The position numbers were made by a program, and so were the translations under genes. A model generated the notes under the pieces. That model saw only the letters and a list, made by a program, of their open reading frames with translations, was not told the origin of the DNA and made no database searches. Below are positions 25,604 to 38,033 of a stretch of 64,000 nt of DNA, piece after piece. Location: assembly GCF_041956535.1 (NCBI RefSeq), contig NW_027192206.1, positions 98,012 through 162,011 of the forward strand, given 5' to 3'. Each line of letters begins with the position of its first letter. The first letter of the stretch is position 1. The DNA is from Calcarisporiella thermophila CBS 279.70. Lineage: Eukaryota > Fungi > Calcarisporiellomycota.

Positions 25604-27510
25604 ATGATGAGTCGTTGCCCCACCATGCTCCGCCGCTTGTCCGATCTCCCACTTCATCCTCCACGATTCCCGAGCTCTCTCCCCATTGATCCCGCCACTC
25701 CAGACCCACACAATTTACCACCCCAAGAAACCCTTCATCAGAACCGTGCCGTACCCGGTTGCGCAAGCTATGTTCACCCGACACCCCAGCCCTCTCCCGA
25801 ACTCATCGCCGTCTCACCTGCTGCGGTCCAGCTACTTGAACTTGACCCAGCGGAAGTCGAGAAAAGAGAGTTCCTGGAGATAGTGGCCGGGAACAGAGTA
25901 TTAGAGGGGACCACCCCATGGGCGCAGAACTATGGTGGCCATCAGTTTGGCGTCTGGGCGGGTCAGTTAGGAGATGGCCGTGCCATTTCTTTATTCGAGA
26001 CCAAGACTTCCAGTGGCGAAATCTATGAGCTTCAGCTGAAAGGGGCTGGAAAAACCCCTTACTCCCGCTGGTTCACGGATGGATGGGCGGTCCTACGCTC
26101 CTCTATCAGAGAGTTTCTTGGCTCGGAATACCTTGCGGCACTGAAAGTTCCGACGACTCGTGCCCTGTCGTTGGTGAAAACTTCTCGGGTAGTGAAGCGC
26201 GAAAGAAATGAGCCCGGCGCTGTCGTTTGTCGGATTGGACCATCGTTCGTTCGATTTGGCACCTTTGAAATATTCCATCAACGAGGCGACCGAGACACCC
26301 TTCGTCAACTCGCAGAATTCACATGCCGTGAGCTCTTTTCCATTTCCGAGCATGAGAAGCAACAGCAACACGATACAATCGTCCCCGCGGCCGACCAAGA
26401 GACAGGAAAGCCTGTAGCAGATAGCAAGGAGGGGAACGGCAATAGATTTTGGCAAATGTTCCGAGAAAGTGCCTACCGCACCGCCCGAATGGTCGCCCGA
26501 TGGCAGGCTACCGGATTTTGCCATGGCGTACTCAACACAGATAATATGCATGTCCTGGGGGTTACGCTCGATTACGGGCCATTTGCGTTTATGGAGGCTT
26601 TTGATCCCAAATTCATTTGCAATCATTCCGACGACGGGGTAGATTTCGTGTGCGACTCTGCTCAACTGCCAATTCCATTGATTAACCTCCATTGCCTCTT
26701 GCTTTCTACTCGTTTTAGGGAAGATATTCGTACGAGGCTCAGCCCCAGATCTGCGCATGGAATCTGTTCAAGTTTGGCACAACCTTAGCAGAGCTGATTG
26801 GTGCTGGAAATATGGTTGATTCCCCCTCGCAGCCCTCCGATGAGCAACTCAAAATCTACCGAGAAAAAGGAAAGAGCTCTGTTGTCCAATTTTTGAACGA
26901 CGAATTTGGAAACGCATTTCTTCGGGAATACACAACCTTCATGCGAGAGAAGCTGGGTTTCAGCGAGCAACTGGAAGATGATTTGTCCAGAGTGATTGAG
27001 CCGTTGCTCTCGGTCTTATATCGTCACGATCTCGACTACCACCGTTTTTTCCGCTCACTCTCCTCTTTCGATGCAACTGGGGAAGAGGACATCCCGCAAG
27101 ACGGAGAGGTTGTCACGAGGTTGATCGGAGGGTGTTCTCCGACAGGATTCGGGTTCGAGGACCAACGCGTCCAATCCCAGAAAGACTCAGTCTTACGTCG
27201 CGACGTGGCCAACTGGCTCGAGCTTTATCGAGCCCGTCTGCAAGTCGAAGGTCAGTTTGCGGCTCGTGAGCAGAAGGGGCTTCGTGCCAGTGGGATGAAC
27301 AAAGCCAATCCCAGCTTTGTTCTGCGAAACTGGGTCGCCCAGGAGGTCATTGACGCAGCAGAGCAAGGTGATTACGCGCCGTTGAAGGTGTGTCTTGAAA
27401 TGTGCCTTGAGCCTTTCAAGGAGCCTGATGAATACCCGGATGGTGGAAGGCGATTTTTGGAGAAGACACCCCGGTGGGGGCAGGGTCTTATTTGTTCTTG
27501 TAGTTCATGA
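25604..27510 (+). CDS. SELO: Protein adenylyltransferase SelO (FMP40-like), Cys form
   Basis: Motifs YGGHQFG, GQLGDGRA, QLKGAGKTPYSR, HGVLNTDN, DYGPF, NPSFVLRNW and C-terminal CSCSS. Intron 26639-26718. The start codon is uncertain (25604, 25607 or 25625). Confidence 0.92.
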
Positions 27511-27753
27511 ACTTGTATTTATTTTTCAGTTGATAAACTTAGTAAAATTATATATATAGCGGTGCAATGGAAGGTATTAAATGCACATTATATTTAAAGA
27601 TAAGCAAAAAAAACCCGAGAAAGAAGATATAAACACGAAAGATAAATTAAACAACAATATAAGTAAATCGGGTATCTAAGAGGGGTGAAATTAAAAAGAT
27701 CATTTCATATCATTGGCAAACCAGCAGAAAGACAAGAAGAAAAAAAAGTTCAT

Positions 27754-29032
27754 CTATTCATAGAGATCTTCATCTATGCTTTCCTTCACTTGATAGAAAA
27801 TGCTCATTCCCTTCATCTATGGAAAAATCAGCCAATTAATAAAAAGAAAAGAAACAAAAATAAGACAGAAACGTTCTTGCTATTGCACTTACCACATGAT
27901 CTGATACATGGCAGTGGAACATCCACTCGCCGAGATTGTCTGGAATCATATCCACGGTGCGGAAGGACGCGGGGAACACGTCGACTACATCCATGCGATG
28001 ACCTGCCATCGAGACGGAGGAGCCGTGCCAATGCGCCGTATGCATGTCAAAAGTGCTACCTAACGAGAAGACATACCACCGCACGCGGCTATTCATATGC
28101 AGCGGAAGTTCGTCTAAGTTGTTGAACATGAACCCATTAATGTTCTCCATGAAATTCGACGCGCGGAACTCGGGGTTGGAAATGTCGACGCCCTTGGGGT
28201 CGGTGGTATATTTGGCAATGTTGTCGGCCAGATAGGGAGAGCGATTTTCGTCGGTCACTAGAAGAGCTGTGACCACCTCCTGGTCAATGAATCCAGACGG
28301 GAGCCCGTCCGCATCCAACATACCACGCCGGTAGATGATGATCGGCCCGAGCAAGCCCGCGAAAATGTCCGCCGGATCCTCCACATGTGAATGGTATGCG
28401 TGCAGCATCGAGCTGGCATCCTCCGTCCCAGGCCCGCTACGCTCCGGCACATCCCACACATATATGTGAGTTTCTCCCGGCGGAACGCGAGCACCCTTCT
28501 GATTCAGCGTGTTAGAATAGTATGCACCCTCCGACATGGGAGAGTACTTCACACCGTGCGGATGAATAGAATAGTGGCGTGATGCCATATTTTTGAAATG
28601 GATTCTTATTTTGTCTCCGACCTCTGCTCGCACAATGGGACCAAGTAGGCCCAGGTGATGTTCGTGAGGAGCCCGTGTTGCAAAGGTCGGATCGGTATAC
28701 GCACGGTACACCGCCTTCTTGTAACGACTGCCGATGCGCTGTGGACCAGAGATAGTGAATGTGCGAGCAACAGTATCATTCAGTTCTCCACCGTGAAATC
28801 GATCATAACGCATCGGTGTATAATCCCACTCGATTTCCTCAGCCGCAATGTAGTAATCGCGCACGAGCCCTGAGAGCGGATAGCCAGCACCTCCAGAACC
28901 ATCACCTTTGGCAAGCTCAGAGACGGACTGGCGCTTGCTGAGAACTGGACTAGGATCCTTGAGATGCAGAGGCCTGCAGAATGCCATCGTGGAAAAGAGT
29001 GCTGTCAGAGCACAACTTAGATATATTCGCAT
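27754..29032 (-). CDS. Secreted two-domain multicopper oxidase with ceruloplasmin/hephaestin-like sequence (~400 aa)
   Basis: Exon 1 29032-27893, intron 27892-27817 (GTAAGT...ATAG), exon 2 27816-27754. Motifs YYIAAEEIEWDY, KKAVYRAYTD, LGLLGPIVRAEVGD, HPHG, YHSH, HTAHWHG, and spliced HCHVSDHVMKGM. Confidence 0.88.
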
Positions 29033-30687
29033 TCTGAATTCCAGAGATAGTAACTCAATATACTACAATTGAAGAAAGGTGAAAAGAGAGGAGAGACGCG
29101 GAATGAGTAATCAGTAAAACAAAGGATGCTTTGATCTGATGCAACCTAAATACAGAACTCTTAAGATGAACCGTTTAGTCCACTTGTTAACCTCTTCTAT
29201 AATAATCTGAAACCTTTCGAAGCACAAACATTGGGCTCCACTTAGCCACTTTTCTCCTAAGTCGGATCTTAAATTTTAGACATGGCTGATGAAGCAAATT
29301 TACAAATGGGAGAATCTACAAAGAAACAGACAGGATCGTTAAAATTATGAAGTTTAATTGTTAAGACTATTTAGTTATAAATCTTGGGTATTATAGCAGA
29401 CTTTTGAGAGCTAATAATACTGCGATTGCTCATCTTAGTGTACTCATTCTTAGTGTAATAGATCCATAATCGCTTGTAGTTGTATTCCAAAAATCGCGCT
29501 CAAAACTTTCCTTCCATTTAATAGTTTTTTCATCATTTACCAAACTACCCTAAAATTTACCTTGATATTTACTTTATTCAGAATTAATATATACCCTATA
29601 CCTATCATAATATTTGCAATAATATCTACCTAAAATTTCGCAGCTAAAACCTACAATTTAGCTAGAGTTTGCTAATGGCATTTTTTTGCCACACCTGACC
29701 CTGCTATTCCTTATTTAAATTGAATAGAGAGTTTTGCAACAGCGTTTGAAGCGGGAGGAAATCTCGAACAGGGAAAGGATTAGCTCGTCAGTATATTGAA
29801 CCTAATTTCTTAAAGGCTATCAACCGTTGCTCCCAAACCTCTATCATATGCCAAGAATTCCGCCCACATAGCAGTTTCTGGTATATGAATATTACGTACA
29901 CAAACCGGAGTAATGGTAACAAAGAAATCCACAGAAAACAGTCAAGAGAGCGGGGTAGAAATCCCGGATTAAACCAAACTCTCTTGGGTACAAGAATGGA
30001 AATAAAATTTTTCGACTTCTTTGACCCCCTCCTTCCTCCTCTGCATCCCTCTTTCAAACCCTATTCACTAATCCCATTAAACTGTACAATCAAACCGTCT
30101 ACACAATTTCTCTATATTCAACACCCGTTCATATGATGCAATCCTTGACATGTGCCTTTAGTCCCTGTGGTTTCCTTTCCTCTTCCTTGTGTACCGGAGG
30201 CCACTTTGTCACCGCCTTATCCTTCATTGTAAGGATTTTCTGGTTGATTTTAGCTTTCTCGTGCAGGAGCAAGAGTAATTTTGGTGGGTTTTATGCATGA
30301 ATATTAAAATTTATTTTCTATTGCTACCACTAAAGATTATTACGCTATTTCAATAGGTTTTTAAATATTTTGCTGTCTACACGCTTCCGACTTTAATATG
30401 AACCGATTAGAGCCACTGTAATACTCAAGGACTCTATAGGAGAATCATAGCTCGAAAATTTTTTTATTTGCTATTATCCAACAATTACCAAAGAGAAATG
30501 CATGTATAGGCCATTTGTCATCTTGCATTGAACTAGCTTAATTAAATCACTAAACAGGAAATCACTCATTAATGCAGATATACTGTAAATATGCTACAAT
30601 TTGGTGAAAAGTCTTATAGATTGTGTTAAATAGTGTGTTTTCTCCAGATATTTTGATACATCAACTTTAATGTCAATAACGCATTGA

Positions 30688-30999
30688 ATAGGACCCAAAG
30701 ACGAGCTTGTTGGCGTTGTTAGCGCCCTAAGCGGAGGCAACCATTACTACAGGAACGGCGTTGAATATGACCCCATCCTTGACAAAATTGCTGCCCTCTG
30801 CTCTGACCTTGTTAAACGTGTTGGGGCTGACAACATTCTTCGCGATCCCAACAACATTGTTCGTGGGATTAATGCCAAGAACATTGTTCGTGAGATTGGC
30901 GGCGACATTAATGAAACCAATTTACGCGTTGTTGGCGTCTGTTATTGCATCGCTGTTGTTGAAAATCTTAAAAAAATTTTGCGACCCCAACAACCCTGA
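30688..30999 (+). other. Orphan open exon-like segment (103 codons, no ATG)
   Basis: GC-richer open frame GPKDELVGVVSALSGGNHYYRNGVEYDPILDKIAALCSDLVKRVGADNILRDPNNIVRGINAKNIVREIGG..., beginning at a TAG acceptor-like site (30689-30691) inside AT-rich DNA. Confidence 0.4.
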
Positions 31000-31863
31000 C
31001 AACCGCGCCAACAACCTTGGTTAGTATCGCTATATTCTACCCTTTTGATACACACTGAAGCACTCAAACAAAAGCGAGCTCAGACATAAGTTTTTTTTTA
31101 CTCACTATTCAACTTTAATTTGATCATATTTTTTCTTTTCGTGCCATGTCCTTAACATGTGCTTCTTTATACATAGAAAAATAAATATATCAAAAATTAT
31201 AATATATAATATCCATTGATCTATTGATTTTTAATTTATAAATGTAGTAATAAACAAAAAATTAATTACAGACGGTATCTACTATCCTTGCTTCCTAGCT
31301 TCGAGAAGTCTTATGAATCTGTGCTGTGTTTGCAGAGTGTAGTGGGTGGGTGTCCAGTTTCATTCCCCTAGGGTTCTCGCCCTTAGGGAATTAGCCCTTT
31401 ACAGGTTCGACGAATGCTCTTCAAGCATCCTGCTCAAGGTTCTTTCTCTGGAAGATGTTTCATTGTAGCGATATCCCTATGGGGAAATTATCTATCTCAC
31501 CGCGGCGATAGAACTGTTCGAATATATCGCCGAGGTCCAGTTAGTTGCTTTTAATATTGTTCAAGTGGCATGCCTCGTAAAAAGGCGTAGGACGATATGG
31601 TGGTTCTGGTTAAGTGAGCTGCTGCTAAGATAATGTCCTAGCACGACTAACATAAACTACATACTCGCATTATTTTCGTATTCAGGATGCAAAACTATCA
31701 AAAATGGCAATCGAGCTAATTTATTTTGAACAATCTATGATATATATTGCAGTAGTGATATGGTGATTACATTTAAATTAGAGATAAATTGGAGTAATGG
31801 TATTATTAAAGGATGCCGTGCCGATGGATAACGATGCAGTATGTCACGCTTTTGACTCTTACA

Positions 31864-34547
31864 TTAGAACATATTTGCCACCTGATTCCACACATGGTTG
31901 TAAGCCGTGGCCGACACTTGGTCGAAGTACAGGCGCTCGTCTCCGGATGTGAAGGTATATTCGACCATGTCAGATCCCGAATCCGTGAAGAAAGCGCGAC
32001 GGATTGTATAAGACAAGTAGGATCGGGTGGGGAGTGGGCGGAAGTTTCTGAAGAGATCAGCGTTTTCTGAGTTCTTGAGAATATCCACCTCTGGGTGATG
32101 GAGGACCGAAGTGGGAAAGTCTTTATAGTCTGTGCGGATACAAGAAAATCACGGTTTAGGATAGGTAAGAGTAAAAATGGTGAAATTGTCACTTACCAAC
32201 CACTATGATTCATTGAGACATGAGGAGCAAATGAGAAAAGATTAGCACGAGCGAACAAGAGATGAAATGAAAATAGCATCGATAATAGGGCTTGTGGTCT
32301 CACCTTCGTTTCCGGGGTAAGAGTAGTAGGTCATGGGGGTATCAGGAAAACCACCAAGAGTCACGATTTTCACCTTCTTTTCACGCTGCAACACTATATT
32401 CATAAAGCATTGTTAAACAAGGTCTCTATTGACATAATTCCCAGACCACTACTTACAAACTGGAAGATACACGCAAGCAGAGCCACTGCAGATAAGTACA
32501 AGTTGTTAGTATTTCTTCCTTATATGGCCTTTTCTAACATATAATTACCAGTCTCCTTGTGAAATGACTCGAATATTTTCGCCGCCCCAGGAGTGCTTAG
32601 GGAAGTTTTTGATTATATCCGCATGCCGGGTCCACATAGGTGCACAATCGGTGCGATATCGATCTGTGTAGTTGGCCGTACTGCCCCCATAGGAGTATTC
32701 TCGGAAAGGTCGCTCCAACCAGGTGGTGTTGGTCCAGGTGGTGTTGGTCCAGGTGGTGTTGGTCCAGGTGTTTTCGTCCGCAAACAAGACATCTGCATTC
32801 AGAGATCAGCTATCATGTACGACACATTGGAAATATGCTTACAACTTACTTGCTCCCCACACCCAGGGTAATCCTTGTCTTCTAAATTCTTGGGCAAGTC
32901 GGATAGCCTTAGGAGAAGCCAGGTTCTCAGAAGGATATTGAGATAGTCTGCTAGGATATTGAGTCTCATTGAGCAGATTGGCCAAGATCATCTCCGCCAA
33001 GCAACCCTGTCCACCTATGTGTATTGCAAAAATAAATAGAGAGAGGGAGTCGGAGTCAATGATACTGCATAAAGTAAATTGACTCGGTAGAATATGGAAC
33101 CCAACTTACCTCCGTTGTGAGATACATCGATAATGAGATTTTGAACGGACCTTTCCTTGAATGCAGTTAAGCCTTTCACAATATTCTCAAGGAATCCACG
33201 CTCATTCGCTGCGGCATTCTCGTGCCAGACAGAATCGGTGCTATTATGGGGGTACACACTCGAATATATGAATACGCCCGTTTTAGGTCTACCTTGGGGT
33301 TGTGGGAGGATCACAAATGCTGTCTTTCCATCAGCCGCAACCACCTCCACACCCATTTTTTCCGAATCCAGAGCGGGCTGCTCCACAAGCTGAACATCGG
33401 GAGAGGGACTAGCATAGGCGCTATCTTTAACGTCGAATGTGGGCATGCAAGCTTGTTTCCAGTACTCTAAATTGGTCAAATTGGTAAAGTAGCTATTAGA
33501 GGTGATTTGAAACCCATCTCTTTGATGCCATAAACCTTACCATCCGAGTTAGTCCAGTTGCCGGAAATACGCCGAGAAAACCATGGCATGTTAATTTCGA
33601 ATTCAGAGCCAGGTTCAGAGGGAGTCTCGCACTTCAGAGTATAGCTGACATGAGAGGATTCTGGCAACACGGTTCTCATGGCAAAATCTCCTGAGAACAC
33701 CCTAAATTGGAATTTATTGCCACCCAAATGTTCGTAATGGGACATGCTAGCGAGCGAGTGGGTAAAGCCGACAGAGGGGTCTTTGAGGCCAGGCACGTTT
33801 ACCGCAGACCATTTGCGAAGATAGGCAAGGGCCTCCTCCCCATTGATTCGAGCCACCGAGCATCCTGTAAAATTGCGCTTTTCGAGACTAGGATGAGTCT
33901 GAGTGCTGGCCAGCATCCCAAGCACTTTGATCTGCTGATGACCACTCGAGTCCACCGGCGCATAAAGGAGCAGCGGCTGGTGGAAAACATAGCGATTACA
34001 ATAGCACCTACATGATTCAATGTGTAAACACCATCCAATCTACAAGTTAAATGACGGCGGAATTTACCGATTACAGTATCTGAGATGCCCATCGCGCCCT
34101 TTGCCAATCACTTTAGACAGGTCAGTGTGGAAATCCAAATCCTTCGTGTACTGCTTGTTGCGCAACGCGTTAATTTCTTCTACTAAATCTACGGGGGTTT
34201 GGTTAAATCTCGAATCGGGAGGCGCCTTCACAACATCGCGGTATACATAGAGCGAATCCATGACATCGGCTACTGTATCTAGAGTCTGAGTGGCGATTGT
34301 GTTATTGAATGGGAATATTTCGTAGCAGCTTTTAACTGCCTGCCAAGTGTCTGCTACCCAAACTAGAAATTGTACAAAGGAAAGATGAAGTGTCAGGGAA
34401 CAGAGCAAATTGGGTGCAATGGTATAGAGATGCTGGAGGTATACCGTTGTCGGGCCAATGAGACAACTTGGCACATGGGTCCTCCTGAATAGGAGCCGAT
34501 AATATCGCGGGGATGAAACATAAAATGCAAGGCACAACCGTCCGCAT
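31864..34547 (-). CDS. Secreted S41-family (tail-specific protease-like) peptidase
   Basis: Signal peptide and about 10 exons that splice in frame. Motifs DGHLRY, LIIDVSHNGGG, ISQGDCGSAC (catalytic Ser), IVTLGG. Confidence 0.82.
32719..32770. repeat. 15-bp coding minisatellite (CCAGGTGGTGTTGGT)x3.5 inside the S41 gene
   Basis: Perfect tandem copies encoding NTWTNTTWTNTTWTNTTW on the minus strand. Confidence 0.95.
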
Positions 34548-36365
34548 CCTAAGATGTGTTTAATAGATATAAAATCTCGAGTGAACCTCTGCCCTTATTA
34601 CATTTCCCTATATATATAGAGGCTGGGATTTTGTTTTGTGCTTGCATTGCCACTTTCATGCTCGATAGAACATCGGCCTTGTGCGATTGCACATCCATTT
34701 TGGGGAGGCGCAATTCTATCATCTCCTCTTTTGGGGGGCGGGTTGTCACACCTAATTCTAGAAGATACGGGCCATGTGCTTAAATGGAATATAACTTACG
34801 CACAATTCTCATAATATTCCAAATTAAGAAACTTGTTAACTGACGCGGTGTTAACCACTGCTCGATTTGACGCCCTCATTGGCTGCAATCACTCTGCGTA
34901 TAGAACTATTAAGAGATGGACCAACAGGGAATACAAAATTCCAATTGAGCCCAACTTAGCATAATCAGCATCAGCTTGAATAGGCCTAATCGGGGCATCG
35001 AAGGAAAGAAGCATCCAAATTTCGAATTCTTGCCCGGCTCCATTCCGATCCTCAGCTTTCTTTGAAATAATCAGCCGACTCTCCAAGCTGAAATGCACGC
35101 CTATACTATCGCCCAATGAATACAACCGTTCTCGAGCTCCTGTTAATAAGCCAAAGCTCTACAACTCTGTCATTGTAGCCCAATTCGCCCGCCCTTTCTT
35201 ATCTCATCTGCGTGAAAAGGGCGACCTCCAATAAAAACAAATAGCGGCAAAATCAAAATAATCAAGGATCAACCATGACATAATCAAATACTGAGGATAT
35301 ATTGAAGCTAGTGTTAACTATTCTGGGCAATTTTAGTGTTAACATTCTTGGCAAAGGTAAAATATAAGTTATAACGAAAAATTTCGCAAGACCACTGGGG
35401 AGAGCGAAGGGAGTATTTACATTAGGAGAGAAATAGTGGGGGGAGGGTTAGACCCCGTATGGATATAAGTTGATGTATGTATATACATAAATCACCATTC
35501 CATATAATTCTGCTTACCACACGAAATCCTCTTTCGATTTTATGCAATCCAAAGAAAAAAAATACCCGGCTACCAGCTCTGGTTTATATGGAAATTTAGG
35601 AAAATTTCTCCCTTAACGATGGATAATTACAGAGGTTGGTTTTGTTTGCTTAATCCCCGCACAATGCTCTAAATACCCCGCCAGCTCGTCTTCCTCGATG
35701 CTTTGTCGCTTGTTCCACACAAACAATGGGGAAAACCCTCAAGGCTAAGTTTCAATCCACTATCAAGTTCTTCAAAGTTGCAAAATATACCAAGCGTCGT
35801 GCCCATCACAACCCGCCCTCGAATCTGTCTACGTGGATTGGGCCAACGATGAGGCAGAATAAAGTGGCCTCCGTCATTCGAAGTAGTGAGGTCTACAACG
35901 CGATTCCAAGCTACTAGTATGCTACCTGTTTCTTGCATTATTGCTGCATTTATGTCTGCAGTGGGCGCGTATAGATAAACGCGTGCAGTTTTTAATTTCT
36001 GCCTTAGCCTCTAGGTTATCCAGCTCTATCGATCTCACAACCAGTTACGAGGTGAACATGTGGTAACTTTAGAGCTTTCATGGGATAGATTCTGCCAAAG
36101 TGTGGACTTATCCTTACTCTCTGGAGCTATAGTGTTGTAATATAAAAAATTTGATTTCGAAAATAAACGCGTCATATCTTCTGATGAAGCGGAAGAGATG
36201 CTCATTCCACGTTAGGAATCCTTTAAATTGAATCAAATTACTATGCAATTACAGTGTGAATAGTTAAAATAAAAATATAGAAAGAAGGAGAGGGGAGGGG
36301 GAGGGGGATAGGATGGGATGGGGAAGGGAAAGTAGTGAGATTGGATCTCCTCTTAAGGAAATGTG

Positions 36366-37737
36366 TTATAACTCAATGGCTAGCATGCCTCCACGTTTGT
36401 CTTTGGAGCAGTCGGCATAGTAGAACCCTTCGCGCTCCAACCACTCTTCCACAGCGGGCAACAGTCTGGCTCGCCCCCCGCTTGAATGGTGCCCAGTGCC
36501 TGTCACCACATAGAGAATACCCTTATGCTTTTCCTTCAGGACCAACTCTGTAACCCTCTCCTCCAACACTTCAATGGCCTCTGAGACATGCAGCCCATGC
36601 AGGTCCAAAAACACCCGTTCTGAATTCCGCTGCTCGAAGATCATGCGCGAGGCTCTGCGATGGGCCTCCTTCATATCTTGATTCGCACGGTGGCCTTCAA
36701 GCGAGAGGGCGCGTGCCTTGGCGCCGTCGCCGCGTTGATATGCCGCGGCAGCCTGCTCAAAATAGCGGTTGCGGAGACGGGCGAATCGCCTAGCTTCGCC
36801 CCGGGCGTCCTGGTAGGCGTGGGACACCGCCGTCCCCGTTTCTAACCAGGGGAGCTCCTCTGGTGTGAGAGCGAGCTGCTTCAAAGTACGACGTTTGCTT
36901 GAAGGGATACGGCGCGCAAGTCCTTCAGAAGGTTTGCCCGCAGTAGGTGATTTCTTAGCAACGTTGGCAAATGGAACCGAGGGCGGAATGGGGCGGAACA
37001 GCTCCTCGAGACGGATGGGGGGGCGTTTAGGCGATTTGGACTTGGTGGGTGAGGCAAGGGATGGGAATTCTTCTTCGAGTATCTTGGTGACATTCTTATT
37101 GTCTTTATTTGTATCATTCAGGTATACTGCCGAGAGGCGATCGGCCACACTTGATACGTCGACATCGTGTCTGAACTGGCAGTCGTCCCCCTTCAAGCAT
37201 GTATCGCGCAGCCTTGAAATTAATGGTAAGAGAGGTTGAGCATGCGAATGTTGGAATCCAGGGTAGAGAAAAGGAGGGAAAAGCTCACCAGAACTTGCAC
37301 ACCTGCGCATCAAAGTCATGTCGAAACATGCAATCCTTCCTATAGCAACCGCCTTCCAGGAAATGCCTGCATACTTGCGGACGTTTCTCGATCCTCTCCA
37401 CTTCGTCTTTGGGTCGCTCCTCCACCGGCAAATATAAGAGGGCGCTTAGAGTTTTCTCAAGATCGTATCCATTCGTTTCAAATGCCGCCTCGAGATCTTG
37501 AAGTGAATGGTCCACAAAAACGGATTGCAACATGTCCAGAGGCGTCATCGTGTCTTCGTAGACGGTATATATGGCTTGGTCATCTTCGAATGGGGCGGTG
37601 GTAGAAAACGGGTTGAACGGATCCAGCTCAGGATCTATCCTTGCTGAATGATTTGGGAGAGCGGGGGAGGGCGGATCGGCGAACTTGGGAACGAACGCCT
37701 TAGCCATCGGGTTCAGTTTGGCAAGATCCTTTGACAT
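36366..37737 (-). CDS. PAM2 + CUE-like + 2x CCCH zinc finger + DUF1771 + Smr-domain protein (putative mRNA quality-control endonuclease)
   Basis: KLNPMAKAFVP (PAM2); PLDMLQSVF...LEKTLSALL (CUE/UBA-like); CRHFLEGGCYRKDCMFRH and CKFWLRDTCLKGDDCQFRH; FLDLHGLHVSEA and VVTGTGHHS (Smr). Intron 37288-37213. Confidence 0.88.
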
Positions 37738-38033
37738 GGCTGCCAATGGTAAGCTGCTCCAACTGTGAGTAAGCTTGGATTAAGGTGTATTAATGTTTAT
37801 GGCTAGAAAAAAAAACGAAATGAAATAACTACAATATTATTATTAAATAATTGGACTGAATAACTATTCATGACAATACGTTATAAAAATCCCCCACTAA
37901 GTAGATCCTGAACCAAGCCATACTATTAAACTACGGATTTAATTTTGAAATAAAGCTCGAAATTTCAGTGTTCACGAGTTTATATCCAAAATTTCCTCTA
38001 TATTCTTATATTTGTTTGAGAATTGTATGTAGT

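Noticed and set aside
27490-27620. SelO as a true selenoprotein (some early-diverging fungi use Sec)
   Set aside because: The redox position is TGT (CSCSS), the TGA falls after the normal C-terminal SS, and no SECIS-like stem is visible in the AT-rich 3' region.
30129-30227. 32-aa minus-strand ORF ending DCII* as a CAAX lipopeptide pheromone
   Set aside because: Only two residues follow the Cys, so the CAAX box is incomplete, and there is no promoter support.
31363-31390. Hairpin TTCCCCTAGGG/CCCTTAGGGAA as a Helitron 3' end
   Set aside because: Imperfect stem, no convincingly spaced CTRR terminus, and no Rep/helicase remnant recognised.
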